Virus record (IMG/VR): IMGVR_UViG_3300044974_001280
Coordinates: 1 to 64,000 of that record
Reading direction: 5' to 3' (one strand)
DNA length: 64,000 bases
A model generated the notes under the pieces. The model was not told the DNA's origin. It saw only the letters and a program-made list of their open reading frames with translations, and made no database searches. This document shows, piece by piece, positions 28,602 to 37,116 of the stretch. Numbering within the stretch: the stretch's first letter is position 1; each line of letters starts with the position of its first letter. The position numbers and the translations under genes were made by a program.

Positions 28602-28603
28602 TT

Positions 28604-28630
28604 GAAACAAATCCAAACCCAATCGTAAAA
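28604..28630 (+). promoter_or_regulatory. Putative ECF-type promoter
   Basis: GAAAC-N16-GTAAAA. Confidence 0.55.
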
Positions 28631-28645
28631 TAAAAAAAACATAAA

Positions 28646-29158
28646 ATGGCAAAGAAAAAAACAGATACTCTCAAAGGTACCGTTGTCCAATTACAATCTG
28701 AGGATTTAGGAGAAACCATCTTGAATTCCCTTGATCAGGCAAGAATAGAAGCATGTCAAAAAAATCTAGACGAGACAAAAGAAAGAATTTCAAAAAAAGT
28801 CTATGCAGTTAAATTTGATGCTCAGGAGGATTTAAATAGATTTATTGATTTTATTAATAATAAAGCTCAGTGGAAAGAGAAAGAAGCCTTGGGTGTCATT
28901 GAAATCAACAAGGTTTTAGAAAAAGCCCAGCGGGAAGGAATTCAACAAAACGCTCTTTATCTTCAAGCCTTACCTTTAGAAGCCAGCTATTATTTCTTGA
29001 GCAAAATCACGGGTTCTGGTTTGGAGGAAGCTAAAAAATATATTGCTATGCTCAAACCTTTTGACGTAGCACTTAGTTCGGTTAAAGCTGACGCCGTAGA
29101 AATTCAGAATTTAGAGAAAGAATTAGCTGCAGCTCAGCAAGGAATAGAAATCTCCTAG
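28646..29158 (+). CDS. Hypothetical helical protein
   Basis: Clean ORF with an A-rich leader. Confidence 0.7.
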   Translation: MAKKKTDTLKGTVVQLQSEDLGETILNSLDQARIEACQKNLDETKERISKKVYAVKFDAQEDLNRFIDFINNKAQWKEKEALGVIEINKVLEKAQREGIQQNALYLQALPLEASYYFLSKITGSGLEEAKKYIAMLKPFDVALSSVKADAVEIQNLEKELAAAQQGIEIS

Positions 29159-29182
29159 ATCAGAGAAATCTATCCTTCGTCG

Positions 29183-29211
29183 AAAGTCCAGTTCCCAACT
29201 GGACTTTTTTT
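29183..29211 (+). terminator. Intrinsic terminator
   Basis: AAAGTCCAGTT-CCC-AACTGGACTTT stem-loop plus T tract. Confidence 0.85.
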
Positions 29212-29226
29212 GTGAGAAAAAATGTG

Positions 29227-29234
29227 GATATATA
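29227..29234 (+). promoter_or_regulatory. Putative late promoter GATATATA
   Basis: Recurrent motif. Confidence 0.7.
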
Positions 29235-29254
29235 AACAAACTAAAAAAACATTT

Positions 29255-29545
29255 ATGATGCAAAAATTAAAAGAACATTCCTGGCTTATCACAATGTGCC
29301 TATTGTTCTTTGTTTTTTTTAAACAATGCGGAGTTTCCTCCACCTTGAAAAAGACAAACAAGAGGCTGGAATATCTGACTGAAGAAGTGTCAAAATTGAA
29401 GGACACCGTTGCCACTAAACAAGATCTAGAAATTGAAGGGCTTAGAGCAGAAAAAAGAATGATCCAATCAACAGATCGAAGAATGATGGATGTGAACAGA
29501 CAGTCTGAAATAGATTCAAAACTCAAAAATTTAGAAAATAGATGA
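29255..29545 (+). CDS. Membrane-anchored coiled-coil protein (spanin-like candidate)
   Basis: N-terminal TM helix ending KQCG, then coiled coil; ATG 29255 lies after the promoter. Confidence 0.55.
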   Translation: MMQKLKEHSWLITMCLLFFVFFKQCGVSSTLKKTNKRLEYLTEEVSKLKDTVATKQDLEIEGLRAEKRMIQSTDRRMMDVNRQSEIDSKLKNLENR

Positions 29546-30339
29546 ACCAATCTTGGGTCCGAGGGTTTATTATCACAACTTTTGTCTCTTTGTACCTAGT
29601 TGTGTCAATCATCTCGACTATACACGTGATAGATTTTTTCAGACTCTCCAACCCTAATTGGCTGGCAGTTTCGTTGGCTATTGCTTTTGAATTGGGAGCA
29701 GCTGCTTCTTTGGCTTCTTTGATTGCCTTGGATAAAATGAACAAAGCCCTGATTTGGTTTCTTTTTATTCTTCTAACTGCCATGCAGATGATGGGAAACA
29801 CCTACTATGCCTTTACCCATTTGAACGACTACCAAGCTTGGGTTGATCTCTTTGGTCTGAATGAAGAGGACGTCCTTTATCAAAAGCGGTTTCTCTCTAT
29901 CATCAGTGGGGCTATCCTCCCCATCGTGGCTTTAGGATTTATCAAATCTCTGGTCGATTATATTCGTCCGTCTGAAATAAACACCATAGAACAAAAAAGC
30001 GATTTATTATTCACCTCCGAAGAAGTTACTCAGGAAAAAGAGGATCCTACACCCCCCATCGAAACAGAGACCGTCGAAGAAGGAGTAGAAGAAAAAGTCG
30101 AGAAAGTTGACGATATTGTCTTCGACGGGGGCGGCTCTATTTTTGGAAACCCCACACCTCCTGAGCCAGAATCAGAATCCCAAGAAGAACCAAAACCAGA
30201 TGAGATTATTGAAGAGGTACCAGAGGCACCAGAACCCGGTGGAGTTACTTTTATAGAAAATTCTCCGACTTCAATTAATTATGCTAAAGCAAAGTCCTCA
30301 CACCAATCGGTCTACATCGATCCTACAAAAATAATCTAA
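29542..30339 (+). CDS. Multi-TM membrane protein with acidic Pro-rich tail
   Basis: About 4 hydrophobic helices; overlaps the upstream stop. Confidence 0.65.
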   Translation: MNQSWVRGFIITTFVSLYLVVSIISTIHVIDFFRLSNPNWLAVSLAIAFELGAAASLASLIALDKMNKALIWFLFILLTAMQMMGNTYYAFTHLNDYQAWVDLFGLNEEDVLYQKRFLSIISGAILPIVALGFIKSLVDYIRPSEINTIEQKSDLLFTSEEVTQEKEDPTPPIETETVEEGVEEKVEKVDDIVFDGGGSIFGNPTPPEPESESQEEPKPDEIIEEVPEAPEPGGVTFIENSPTSINYAKAKSSHQSVYIDPTKII

Positions 30340-30340
30340 C

Positions 30341-31015
30341 ATGTCTCAAAACTCAATCACCGGCGGAGATCTTGATATTTTTGGTGGTTCTTCTACCAAC
30401 GAATCTCCCCAACCCCTCTTTGGAGAAGGAACTGCTATTTCGGGTTTAGACCCTGGACCTAGTGCTACCTTCGAAACCCGCTATACCTTAATAGCCCTGA
30501 ACCCCAGCGGTCTTGAGAGAGTTAACTTGACATTTTCTGACGTCAATGATCCTAACAACATTCGATTTTATAACACCTCTATGAATGTTGCATGGCAGGA
30601 TGTTACCGAGCAAAAGTTAAATCTAAGCGACTTCTTTTACCCTCTACAAGATTTTTCAGGTTATCAGCAACAGACTTTTGTCATTTCCCCTAATACCTCT
30701 GTTAATTTAGATCAAGGAGATTTCGACACTACCCTTGGGGAGATAGGTCTTTTAATGGCCAGAGCCCAGTTCAATGCTGATGCAGAACCGGAACAACGTC
30801 TTCTATATTGGCAATACGGAGGAGATGACCGTTATATTATGGCAGATTTTATGATGCTAACTGGCCAAGTTAAAAACGGATTTCCTTGGAAGGGCTGGCA
30901 AACAAGTAACAACGTTAGCCAAGAAATAGGCTATACAGGAGCCGCTACTGGTGGATTTATTTTTTCGAATCCGACCGAGTATTCTGTAAAATTAACAATA
31001 TTAACAGCAAGCTAA
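30341..31015 (+). CDS. Hypothetical structural protein, paralog of next gene
   Basis: Shared ending: M.LTG...GW...GG..F.NP...VKL.IL. Confidence 0.65.
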   Translation: MSQNSITGGDLDIFGGSSTNESPQPLFGEGTAISGLDPGPSATFETRYTLIALNPSGLERVNLTFSDVNDPNNIRFYNTSMNVAWQDVTEQKLNLSDFFYPLQDFSGYQQQTFVISPNTSVNLDQGDFDTTLGEIGLLMARAQFNADAEPEQRLLYWQYGGDDRYIMADFMMLTGQVKNGFPWKGWQTSNNVSQEIGYTGAATGGFIFSNPTEYSVKLTILTAS

Positions 31016-31557
31016 TGGCAACTAGACCTATCCCTTGTCCTCCTGCAGTTCCTAATGGCTGGGTTTTTTTTAAGGACCAATTTGTGTTAGAACAAGACTA
31101 CCAATACACCACTTTTTTTAATTTCAAAGATTTGGCTTTTGGAGTTGTAGCATATTCCAGGCTTAGAATTAGTTTAAAAAGAGGCAGATCTGTTAAATTA
31201 AGTCAATCCAATATTGGAACTGAAGGTTTTGTTCGATGGATAGCAGTAAAAGTGCAGTATCCAGCTCCTAAGAATCCTATCCTTTATGCATCTCAAACCC
31301 CAATTATTCCAGGTGTTCCAACTCCTACCAATGGCACACCCCAAATTCAGAAATATATCACCTGGACCTATCAGGGTAGAACTTTAAATCTGGGAGATAT
31401 GATGGTGCTTACAGGTAATCCTTTAGGGTCGACTGATTCTGAAGTTACTGGTTGGAACCTGAGTGAGGATGATTTCCTATTTGCTGGAGGCGGAATTACT
31501 TTCACGAATCCTCATTCAGATTTTGATGTCAAACTAGAAATTTTAGTTGCAAAATGA
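31015..31557 (+). CDS. Hypothetical structural protein, paralog of previous gene
   Basis: As above; coupled by a TAATG overlap. Confidence 0.65.
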   Translation: MATRPIPCPPAVPNGWVFFKDQFVLEQDYQYTTFFNFKDLAFGVVAYSRLRISLKRGRSVKLSQSNIGTEGFVRWIAVKVQYPAPKNPILYASQTPIIPGVPTPTNGTPQIQKYITWTYQGRTLNLGDMMVLTGNPLGSTDSEVTGWNLSEDDFLFAGGGITFTNPHSDFDVKLEILVAK

Positions 31558-31591
31558 ATATATACTAAACAAATTTTCAAGTTTGTCTTTA

Positions 31592-31599
31592 GATATATA
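31592..31599 (+). promoter_or_regulatory. Putative late promoter GATATATA
   Basis: Recurrent motif. Confidence 0.7.
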
Positions 31600-31626
31600 A
31601 AATGTAAAAAAACAAAATAAATCAAA

Positions 31627-34335
31627 ATGGATTTACTCACACAACTCAAAACCCTCAAAGAAAATTCTCAGAATCCTGAGGTTGTTCTTTTTTGCGAAAA
31701 TAGCATCAGGGAGATACAGCAAGGTAACAGCAACCTAAATGAAACAATGCTGTTTGATCAGGTTCAATCTTTGCAAAACACACAGCAGTCAACGGAGAAA
31801 AATCCTTTGGAAATCATTAGAGAGCAAGAAATGTCAACCTCTAAGAATGCTGCCACTAGAATTCTTGAATCATGGGGTGGTATAGGTTCTAAAACTTTCA
31901 AAAGTGCTGGTAGCTATGTCGATGGTGTTGAGGAGAAAAAACAGGTCTCACATCAGAACATCAATGAGGGCATTTCTTCTTTTGCATCTCAAGACGCAGG
32001 AGTAGCTTCTCTGATGAAATCTCAAGAAGTTCACAATCTTGGAATTTTAGAATCCATTTTGAGCCTTAAGGATGCAGGAATCTTCGAGCATCCTTCTGTT
32101 AAGATCCTGGCAGAAAGATACTATCATTTGTTGAAAGGGAAAAATCTGCCTGAATTTATTATAGCAGAATCTTTTCTTGGAGAACTAGGTAACTTCAACT
32201 GGGATCAGGACGTTAAACGGATGTACGAAGGTATTTCGAATAAAATTTCTAATTTGAGACCTGAAATCGAAGTGGCCAAAGCTTTGTACGCAATCAGTCA
32301 AAATGGAACACCTGATTTTTACTCTCCAGTAACAGAATCTCTGAACAAATGGCTGGTGTCTGAAAACAAATCGATTTCTCTACTTTCTCAAGAGATTTCT
32401 AGATGGCAGTTCAATCCTATTGTTAAAAATCTCCTAAACAATCTTTCTCTGATGGAAAGTACAAGCCGTCAGCTTCATGTTCCTGTTAGTTCTGGTAACA
32501 GTGAAGTGAGTAAAGTTTATTCTCCTGTTTTTGTAGAAGGTGGAAAAACCCTATTTGTTCTGGGCAAAAATGTTTTCGAAGCAACTTCAAATGGAATTTC
32601 AAAGCTCAGACACGGTCAAATAGCTTCTCTGCCAAACCGGTATCTGTCCTTGTTAGAGTCCTATGCTAATTTGAACACCAAGGCTGATGAAAAAGGTCTT
32701 TCGATTTACTTAGGCAAAACCAGAATTCTTTTGGTGGAAGAGAGCGAAAAAACTTCGGTTTACTTCGGTGGTAAGAAATTGAACTTCTCTGACTATAATC
32801 AATTTGCTCGAATTCTGTCGATTGAGATGAGCAAAACTTTGGGTCTCAACGAGAACAAGATCATCAGAGACGTTATCAATATCTATGAGAATTTCAGTAG
32901 CATCGTGGAATTGGATTTCGCCAAAACTATTTCTTCTAAATTGTATGAAGGTGCCGCAGTACATTTGATGAAATGGGACGGTAAGATCTATTTGAACAAG
33001 ATCAACGAGTCAATGAGAGAAGATTCTTTCTATGTTGTGAATGGCAATCAGGCTACATCAATGGTGAAAGAATTCTTGAAATATGATATTTCTGAAGGTC
33101 TCACTCAATTTTTAGATGGTGAGAATAGAGTTAAATCTGTTATGATGAACGATAGAAAAGTTCTGATGGAGAATATAGCTCTAGTTGAAACTCAGATCCA
33201 GAAGATTGAGAACCAGATGTCAAAAAGTCCTTTGTTTGCAAATTCTCAAGAAATGCAAAATGCCAAATACCTCTTAGAAAGAGAGCTTGGAATTCTGAGA
33301 CAGAAATGGTCGGTTGTGAATGAAGAAATTAAGAAAATTGAATCTGCTCCAGATCCAATTCATAACATGAACGAGGACGATGATTTCAATGTGGGGGAAT
33401 ACGTAAAGGTGAAAGAATCAGGCAACACGGGTAAAATCATTTCTATCAACGGTTCATCTGGTTCCTATACTGTCTTAATGGACAACGGCAGAACTGGAGA
33501 ATTTAGATTGGATGAAATCATCAATCTAGACGATGCGCTGGCTGCCGCTGGTGACGAGAACGAAGCCGAAGCAGAAACCCAAGAAGAATTGAAAGAAGGA
33601 ACTCAGCCTTTAGCATCGGCTCCAGGTTCGTCAAAAACGGGTAAATTAGACAAATCTGTTGCTGCCACTATGAGAAAAAGTACCACAAAAGCTCCTGCAG
33701 GTTCTCATCAAAACGAAGCTGGAAAAAAGGACATTGAAGATCTGGATGACGCCAATCTAGAAGAAGCACCAGCAGGTCAAAAACTAACAAAATATAAGGC
33801 TTACAAAAAAGCTGGATATAACCTGGCTGAATCTAAAGGCACAGGTAAATCCACTTCAGCCCCAGAAACCAGTTGGGAATCAGCAAAGGCAAAGGAAATG
33901 AATCTGGCAGTTGCCCCAGGTAAAACAAACTATGACTCCAGTTATTTCTACAAGACAAAAGTCACTCAAGGGGAATCTAAGAATCCCGAAGTGATGAAAA
34001 CGGACCCCAATTTTGCTGCTGCTCCAGGTACTCAAGGAGCTGGTAAAGATCTGAAGTACAGAGTCAGCTCGGAGATGGGTTACAACGTAGATGAAATGGC
34101 GGAGATCGAAAAGACCAATCAAGAGTTGGCAAAAGCCCCTGGTCCTATTGGAACATACGGCAAAAAATTCGGCGCCAGAACCATCCACGGAAAACCAGGT
34201 AAACCCGAGGTCATGAACATCGATCCTAATTTTGCTAATGCCCCAGGAATGAACTCAAAAGGTGAAGTTGATTACGATCTAAATGACGAAATGGGTTACA
34301 ATCTGGACGAAAGCCAGGAGTCAAAAAAAAACTGA
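31627..34335 (+). CDS. Large probable prohead core/internal protein with a KOW/SH3-like domain and C-terminal APG...GYN repeats
   Basis: Many (L/I)NE-type protease sites; FNVGEYVKV...GKII; repeated APG and GYN(L/V) motifs. Confidence 0.6.
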   Translation: MDLLTQLKTLKENSQNPEVVLFCENSIREIQQGNSNLNETMLFDQVQSLQNTQQSTEKNPLEIIREQEMSTSKNAATRILESWGGIGSKTFKSAGSYVDGVEEKKQVSHQNINEGISSFASQDAGVASLMKSQEVHNLGILESILSLKDAGIFEHPSVKILAERYYHLLKGKNLPEFIIAESFLGELGNFNWDQDVKRMYEGISNKISNLRPEIEVAKALYAISQNGTPDFYSPVTESLNKWLVSENKSISLLSQEISRWQFNPIVKNLLNNLSLMESTSRQLHVPVSSGNSEVSKVYSPVFVEGGKTLFVLGKNVFEATSNGISKLRHGQIASLPNRYLSLLESYANLNTKADEKGLSIYLGKTRILLVEESEKTSVYFGGKKLNFSDYNQFARILSIEMSKTLGLNENKIIRDVINIYENFSSIVELDFAKTISSKLYEGAAVHLMKWDGKIYLNKINESMREDSFYVVNGNQATSMVKEFLKYDISEGLTQFLDGENRVKSVMMNDRKVLMENIALVETQIQKIENQMSKSPLFANSQEMQNAKYLLERELGILRQKWSVVNEEIKKIESAPDPIHNMNEDDDFNVGEYVKVKESGNTGKIISINGSSGSYTVLMDNGRTGEFRLDEIINLDDALAAAGDENEAEAETQEELKEGTQPLASAPGSSKTGKLDKSVAATMRKSTTKAPAGSHQNEAGKKDIEDLDDANLEEAPAGQKLTKYKAYKKAGYNLAESKGTGKSTSAPETSWESAKAKEMNLAVAPGKTNYDSSYFYKTKVTQGESKNPEVMKTDPNFAAAPGTQGAGKDLKYRVSSEMGYNVDEMAEIEKTNQELAKAPGPIGTYGKKFGARTIHGKPGKPEVMNIDPNFANAPGMNSKGEVDYDLNDEMGYNLDESQESKKN

Positions 34336-34508
34336 AAAAAATCCTGAGCCGAGTTTGGTCTTTCGCTCCTTCCAGCCCGGATCAAAACGACAAGCCTAAG
34401 CCTTTTGTGGTAGACTACAAAAAAGGCATGAGCTTTGCCCCCACCGGCAAGAATGAGGGTGAAAACCTCATCTCTGATGAGGATGGTGATTTTTCAGAAA
34501 AAGAATAA
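34329..34508 (+). CDS. Putative -1 frameshift extension (59 codons) of the 902 aa protein
   Basis: Slippery A_AAA_AAC precedes the TGA; the -1 frame is open with SFAP motifs and ends at TAA 34506-34508. Confidence 0.55.
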   Translation, partial: KLKKILSRVWSFAPSSPDQNDKPKPFVVDYKKGMSFAPTGKNEGENLISDEDGDFSEKE

Positions 34509-34511
34509 ATG

Positions 34512-34539
34512 GGAACTTTTCTAATTTTAGTTGATATAA
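34512..34539 (+). promoter_or_regulatory. Putative ECF-type promoter for the late sigma gene
   Basis: GGAAC-N17-ATATAA, overlapping a GATATAAA late-like site. Confidence 0.5.
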
Positions 34540-34563
34540 AAAAAACAAGATATGTTTTTTTAA

Positions 34564-34923
34564 ATGTCGAAGATCTATGTAACTAATCAAAATCTGATGG
34601 AGGCAATTCTTGAATCTAAAGAGAAGGGAGAATTAACACCAGCAGCCATAGAAATGTTCACTCTGATGATCTCGGGCATTTCTAAAAAAATGTCTTATAA
34701 GGATCCTGATGATAAAGATGATTGTATGGCTTTTGCCATGGAGGATCTTTGCAAATATTGGAATAGATTCGACCCAGAAAAATCCAACAATCCTTTTTCC
34801 TATTACACCCAAATAGCCAAAAATGGGTTTGCAAAAGGCTGGAAAAAAATACATCCCCCCAAATCACCTAAGACTATTCCTTTTTCTCACATCACGGGAG
34901 AAGATAATTCTTATAATGTGTAA
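34564..34923 (+). CDS. gp55: Late-transcription sigma factor (T4 gp55-like), minimal
   Basis: YVTN...FDPEKSNNPFSYYTQIA motif. Confidence 0.85.
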   Translation: MSKIYVTNQNLMEAILESKEKGELTPAAIEMFTLMISGISKKMSYKDPDDKDDCMAFAMEDLCKYWNRFDPEKSNNPFSYYTQIAKNGFAKGWKKIHPPKSPKTIPFSHITGEDNSYNV

Positions 34924-35405
34924 TGACTGATATCAAAAAAATCAAGCCAAATGGCAATTTTAAATCTGGCGTATTTGCCCCTTTAAATCCAGAAAAATAC
35001 ATCGGAGATATCAATAACATCATTTGCAGATCAAGCTGGGAATACAGGTTCTGTAAATACTGTGATTCGAATCCACTGATTTTAAAATGGTCTTCTGAGC
35101 CCCTGCCAATTCCTTACTACAACCCTTTAGATCAGAAAGATCATAAATATCATGTTGACTTTTACATGAGGGTCCAGCAGGAAAACGGGGAACAGCAGGA
35201 ATGGCTTATCGAGGTAAAGCCCCAGAGACAGCACGAAAAACCAGTTTTCGAAGGAAGCAAAACCAACGAAAAATTGAAATCCTACAACGATAAGATGAAA
35301 GTCTGGATCACCAATCAGGCTAAATTTAAAGCGGCAAAAATCTGGGCAGAAGCGAGAGGAATGAAATTTGGAGTAGTAAACGAGAATTTCCTATTTAACA
35401 AGTAA
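34923..35405 (+). CDS. gp4: Head completion nuclease (T4 gp4-like)
   Basis: NPEKYIGD, RSSWE, WSSE..IPY, Y.VDF, IEVKP and NQAK motifs. Confidence 0.9.
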   Translation: MTDIKKIKPNGNFKSGVFAPLNPEKYIGDINNIICRSSWEYRFCKYCDSNPLILKWSSEPLPIPYYNPLDQKDHKYHVDFYMRVQQENGEQQEWLIEVKPQRQHEKPVFEGSKTNEKLKSYNDKMKVWITNQAKFKAAKIWAEARGMKFGVVNENFLFNK

Positions 35406-35440
35406 AAAATACCGACTGGAAAAAGCAATATCATCCAACG

Positions 35441-35448
35441 GATATATA
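35441..35448 (+). promoter_or_regulatory. Putative late promoter GATATATA
   Basis: Recurrent motif. Confidence 0.7.
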
Positions 35449-35506
35449 CTTGCTGTAAATCGAAATAAAATTCACGTCGGTGGTAAAAAGGAGGAATAGT
35501 TTCTAA

Positions 35507-37111
35507 ATGGCAGGTTTTAGCGAGAATCCAAACACCAATCCAATCTTTCAGAAGATTAGGGATTCGGTTAAAAATCTGAGTAATTTCGGGATCCGATATG
35601 GTGACATGGTTGTCAAAAATTCTCAGGCTATTGGGGCCACTGAAGCTGAATTTTTGAAAAAAGGACCTATTGAGGATGAAACCACCTTCTTTTCTTTAGG
35701 TCGCCAAGACACAACCACCAGGCAGTATATTTCTTATTTTGATAAAGACTATGCGGGAAAAAGAGATTATCTGAGAAAATTCTCTTTGAACCCTGAGATA
35801 GAATACATTTTAGACACTGTCTGTGATGAATCTATTACTTACGATTCTTATAATTTCTTTGCCTATCCAGCTTTTCTGAACCTATCTAATCTTAAAAAGT
35901 CCGTTATCGATCGCATCGATTCGACTTATAAGAAACTGTATGACATGTTCGGTTTCAACGATGACATTTCGGCCTGGCAGTATTTCAGGCAAATGCTGGT
36001 GGATGGATTTATTGCCTTTGAGATTGTCTTTGATGATAGCGGCAGAAACATCATCGGATTTAAAGAGCTAGATGCCACGACCCTCATGCCTTCTGTGGAA
36101 AAACAGAAAGACGGAACTTTTTTGAATGTTTGGTATCAATACCCTAAAGATGAAAGAAAAAGAAGAATGTTGTACGACTCTCAGGTCATCTACATTTCTT
36201 ACGCCAAAGGCAATTCTATTTCTAGAGTTAGCTACACAGAAAGACTGATTAGACCTTACAATGTCTTGAGAATTATCGAATACACCAGAGTTATTTGGTC
36301 GGTCATGAATGCTTCTTTTAGGATGAAGATGACCATTCCGGTGGGATCTAGATCCCAACAGAAAGCAATGCAAACTCTGGGAGAATTGATGTCTATCTAC
36401 AAAGAGGACATCCAGTTTAACGACGAGAGTGGAGAACTTTCTGTTAACGGCCAACCCAAGATTCAGTTCTATAAGAACTATCTAATGCCCAAAGGAGCAG
36501 GAGGCACCCCTTCTATTGAGCCTCTAAACACGGCAGGCCCCAATCTGAATGATCCTGCCCCATTAGCCTATTTTTTCGATAAATTAGTGCAGGAATCAAA
36601 AATTCCTTTTTCCCGGTTTCAGGGGCCTGATGGCGGATCTATTGGAAAATACGCTAATGCTGCCGAAGGTTTAGATAAAGAAGAAATCAGATTCTCTAAA
36701 TTTATTATGAGGCTTAGATCTGTATTTCAGGATATCCTGGTTAAGCCTCTATGGATTCAAATCTGTAAAGATTTTCCCCAACTAGAAAAGGATTACACTT
36801 TTAAATCCCAATTAGGTCTAAGCTATGTTTCAGATAACCCCTTCCGGGTTAACCAGGAGATTGAAACCATTACGAAGAGAAAAGAATTTATAGATTCTCT
36901 TTATACCCTCACCGACGAGGAAGGAAATCCTTTCTTTTCTATCTCATATCTAGTGGAAAACTACATGGGTCTTACTGAGGATGATATAGCTTCTAATAAA
37001 AAAGCCAGAAGTGATAACAAATTAAAATCTGCTGAAGAAGCTGCGGCTGCCAGCGCATCTCCGCCAGCGGGCGAGTCCGAGCCAGAAGTAGCACCAGAAA
37101 CCCCAGTATAA
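35507..37111 (+). CDS. Portal protein (gp20-like), paralog 1
   Basis: EIEYILDTVCDE, WQYFRQMLVDG, SY.ERLIRPYN.LR, KIPFSRF and EEIRF.KFI.RLR motifs. Confidence 0.85.
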   Translation: MAGFSENPNTNPIFQKIRDSVKNLSNFGIRYGDMVVKNSQAIGATEAEFLKKGPIEDETTFFSLGRQDTTTRQYISYFDKDYAGKRDYLRKFSLNPEIEYILDTVCDESITYDSYNFFAYPAFLNLSNLKKSVIDRIDSTYKKLYDMFGFNDDISAWQYFRQMLVDGFIAFEIVFDDSGRNIIGFKELDATTLMPSVEKQKDGTFLNVWYQYPKDERKRRMLYDSQVIYISYAKGNSISRVSYTERLIRPYNVLRIIEYTRVIWSVMNASFRMKMTIPVGSRSQQKAMQTLGELMSIYKEDIQFNDESGELSVNGQPKIQFYKNYLMPKGAGGTPSIEPLNTAGPNLNDPAPLAYFFDKLVQESKIPFSRFQGPDGGSIGKYANAAEGLDKEEIRFSKFIMRLRSVFQDILVKPLWIQICKDFPQLEKDYTFKSQLGLSYVSDNPFRVNQEIETITKRKEFIDSLYTLTDEEGNPFFSISYLVENYMGLTEDDIASNKKARSDNKLKSAEEAAAASASPPAGESEPEVAPETPV

Positions 37112-37116
37112 TAGAC

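Noticed and set aside
34923-35405. TnsA transposase
   Set aside because: Motifs and context match the T4 gp4 head-completion protein; no transposon features.
35411-35494. Structured RNA leader upstream of portal 1 (ACCGAC...GTCGGT) with an AGGAGG
   Set aside because: The pairing is short and its 5' arm lies upstream of the predicted late start; too weak to call an ncRNA.
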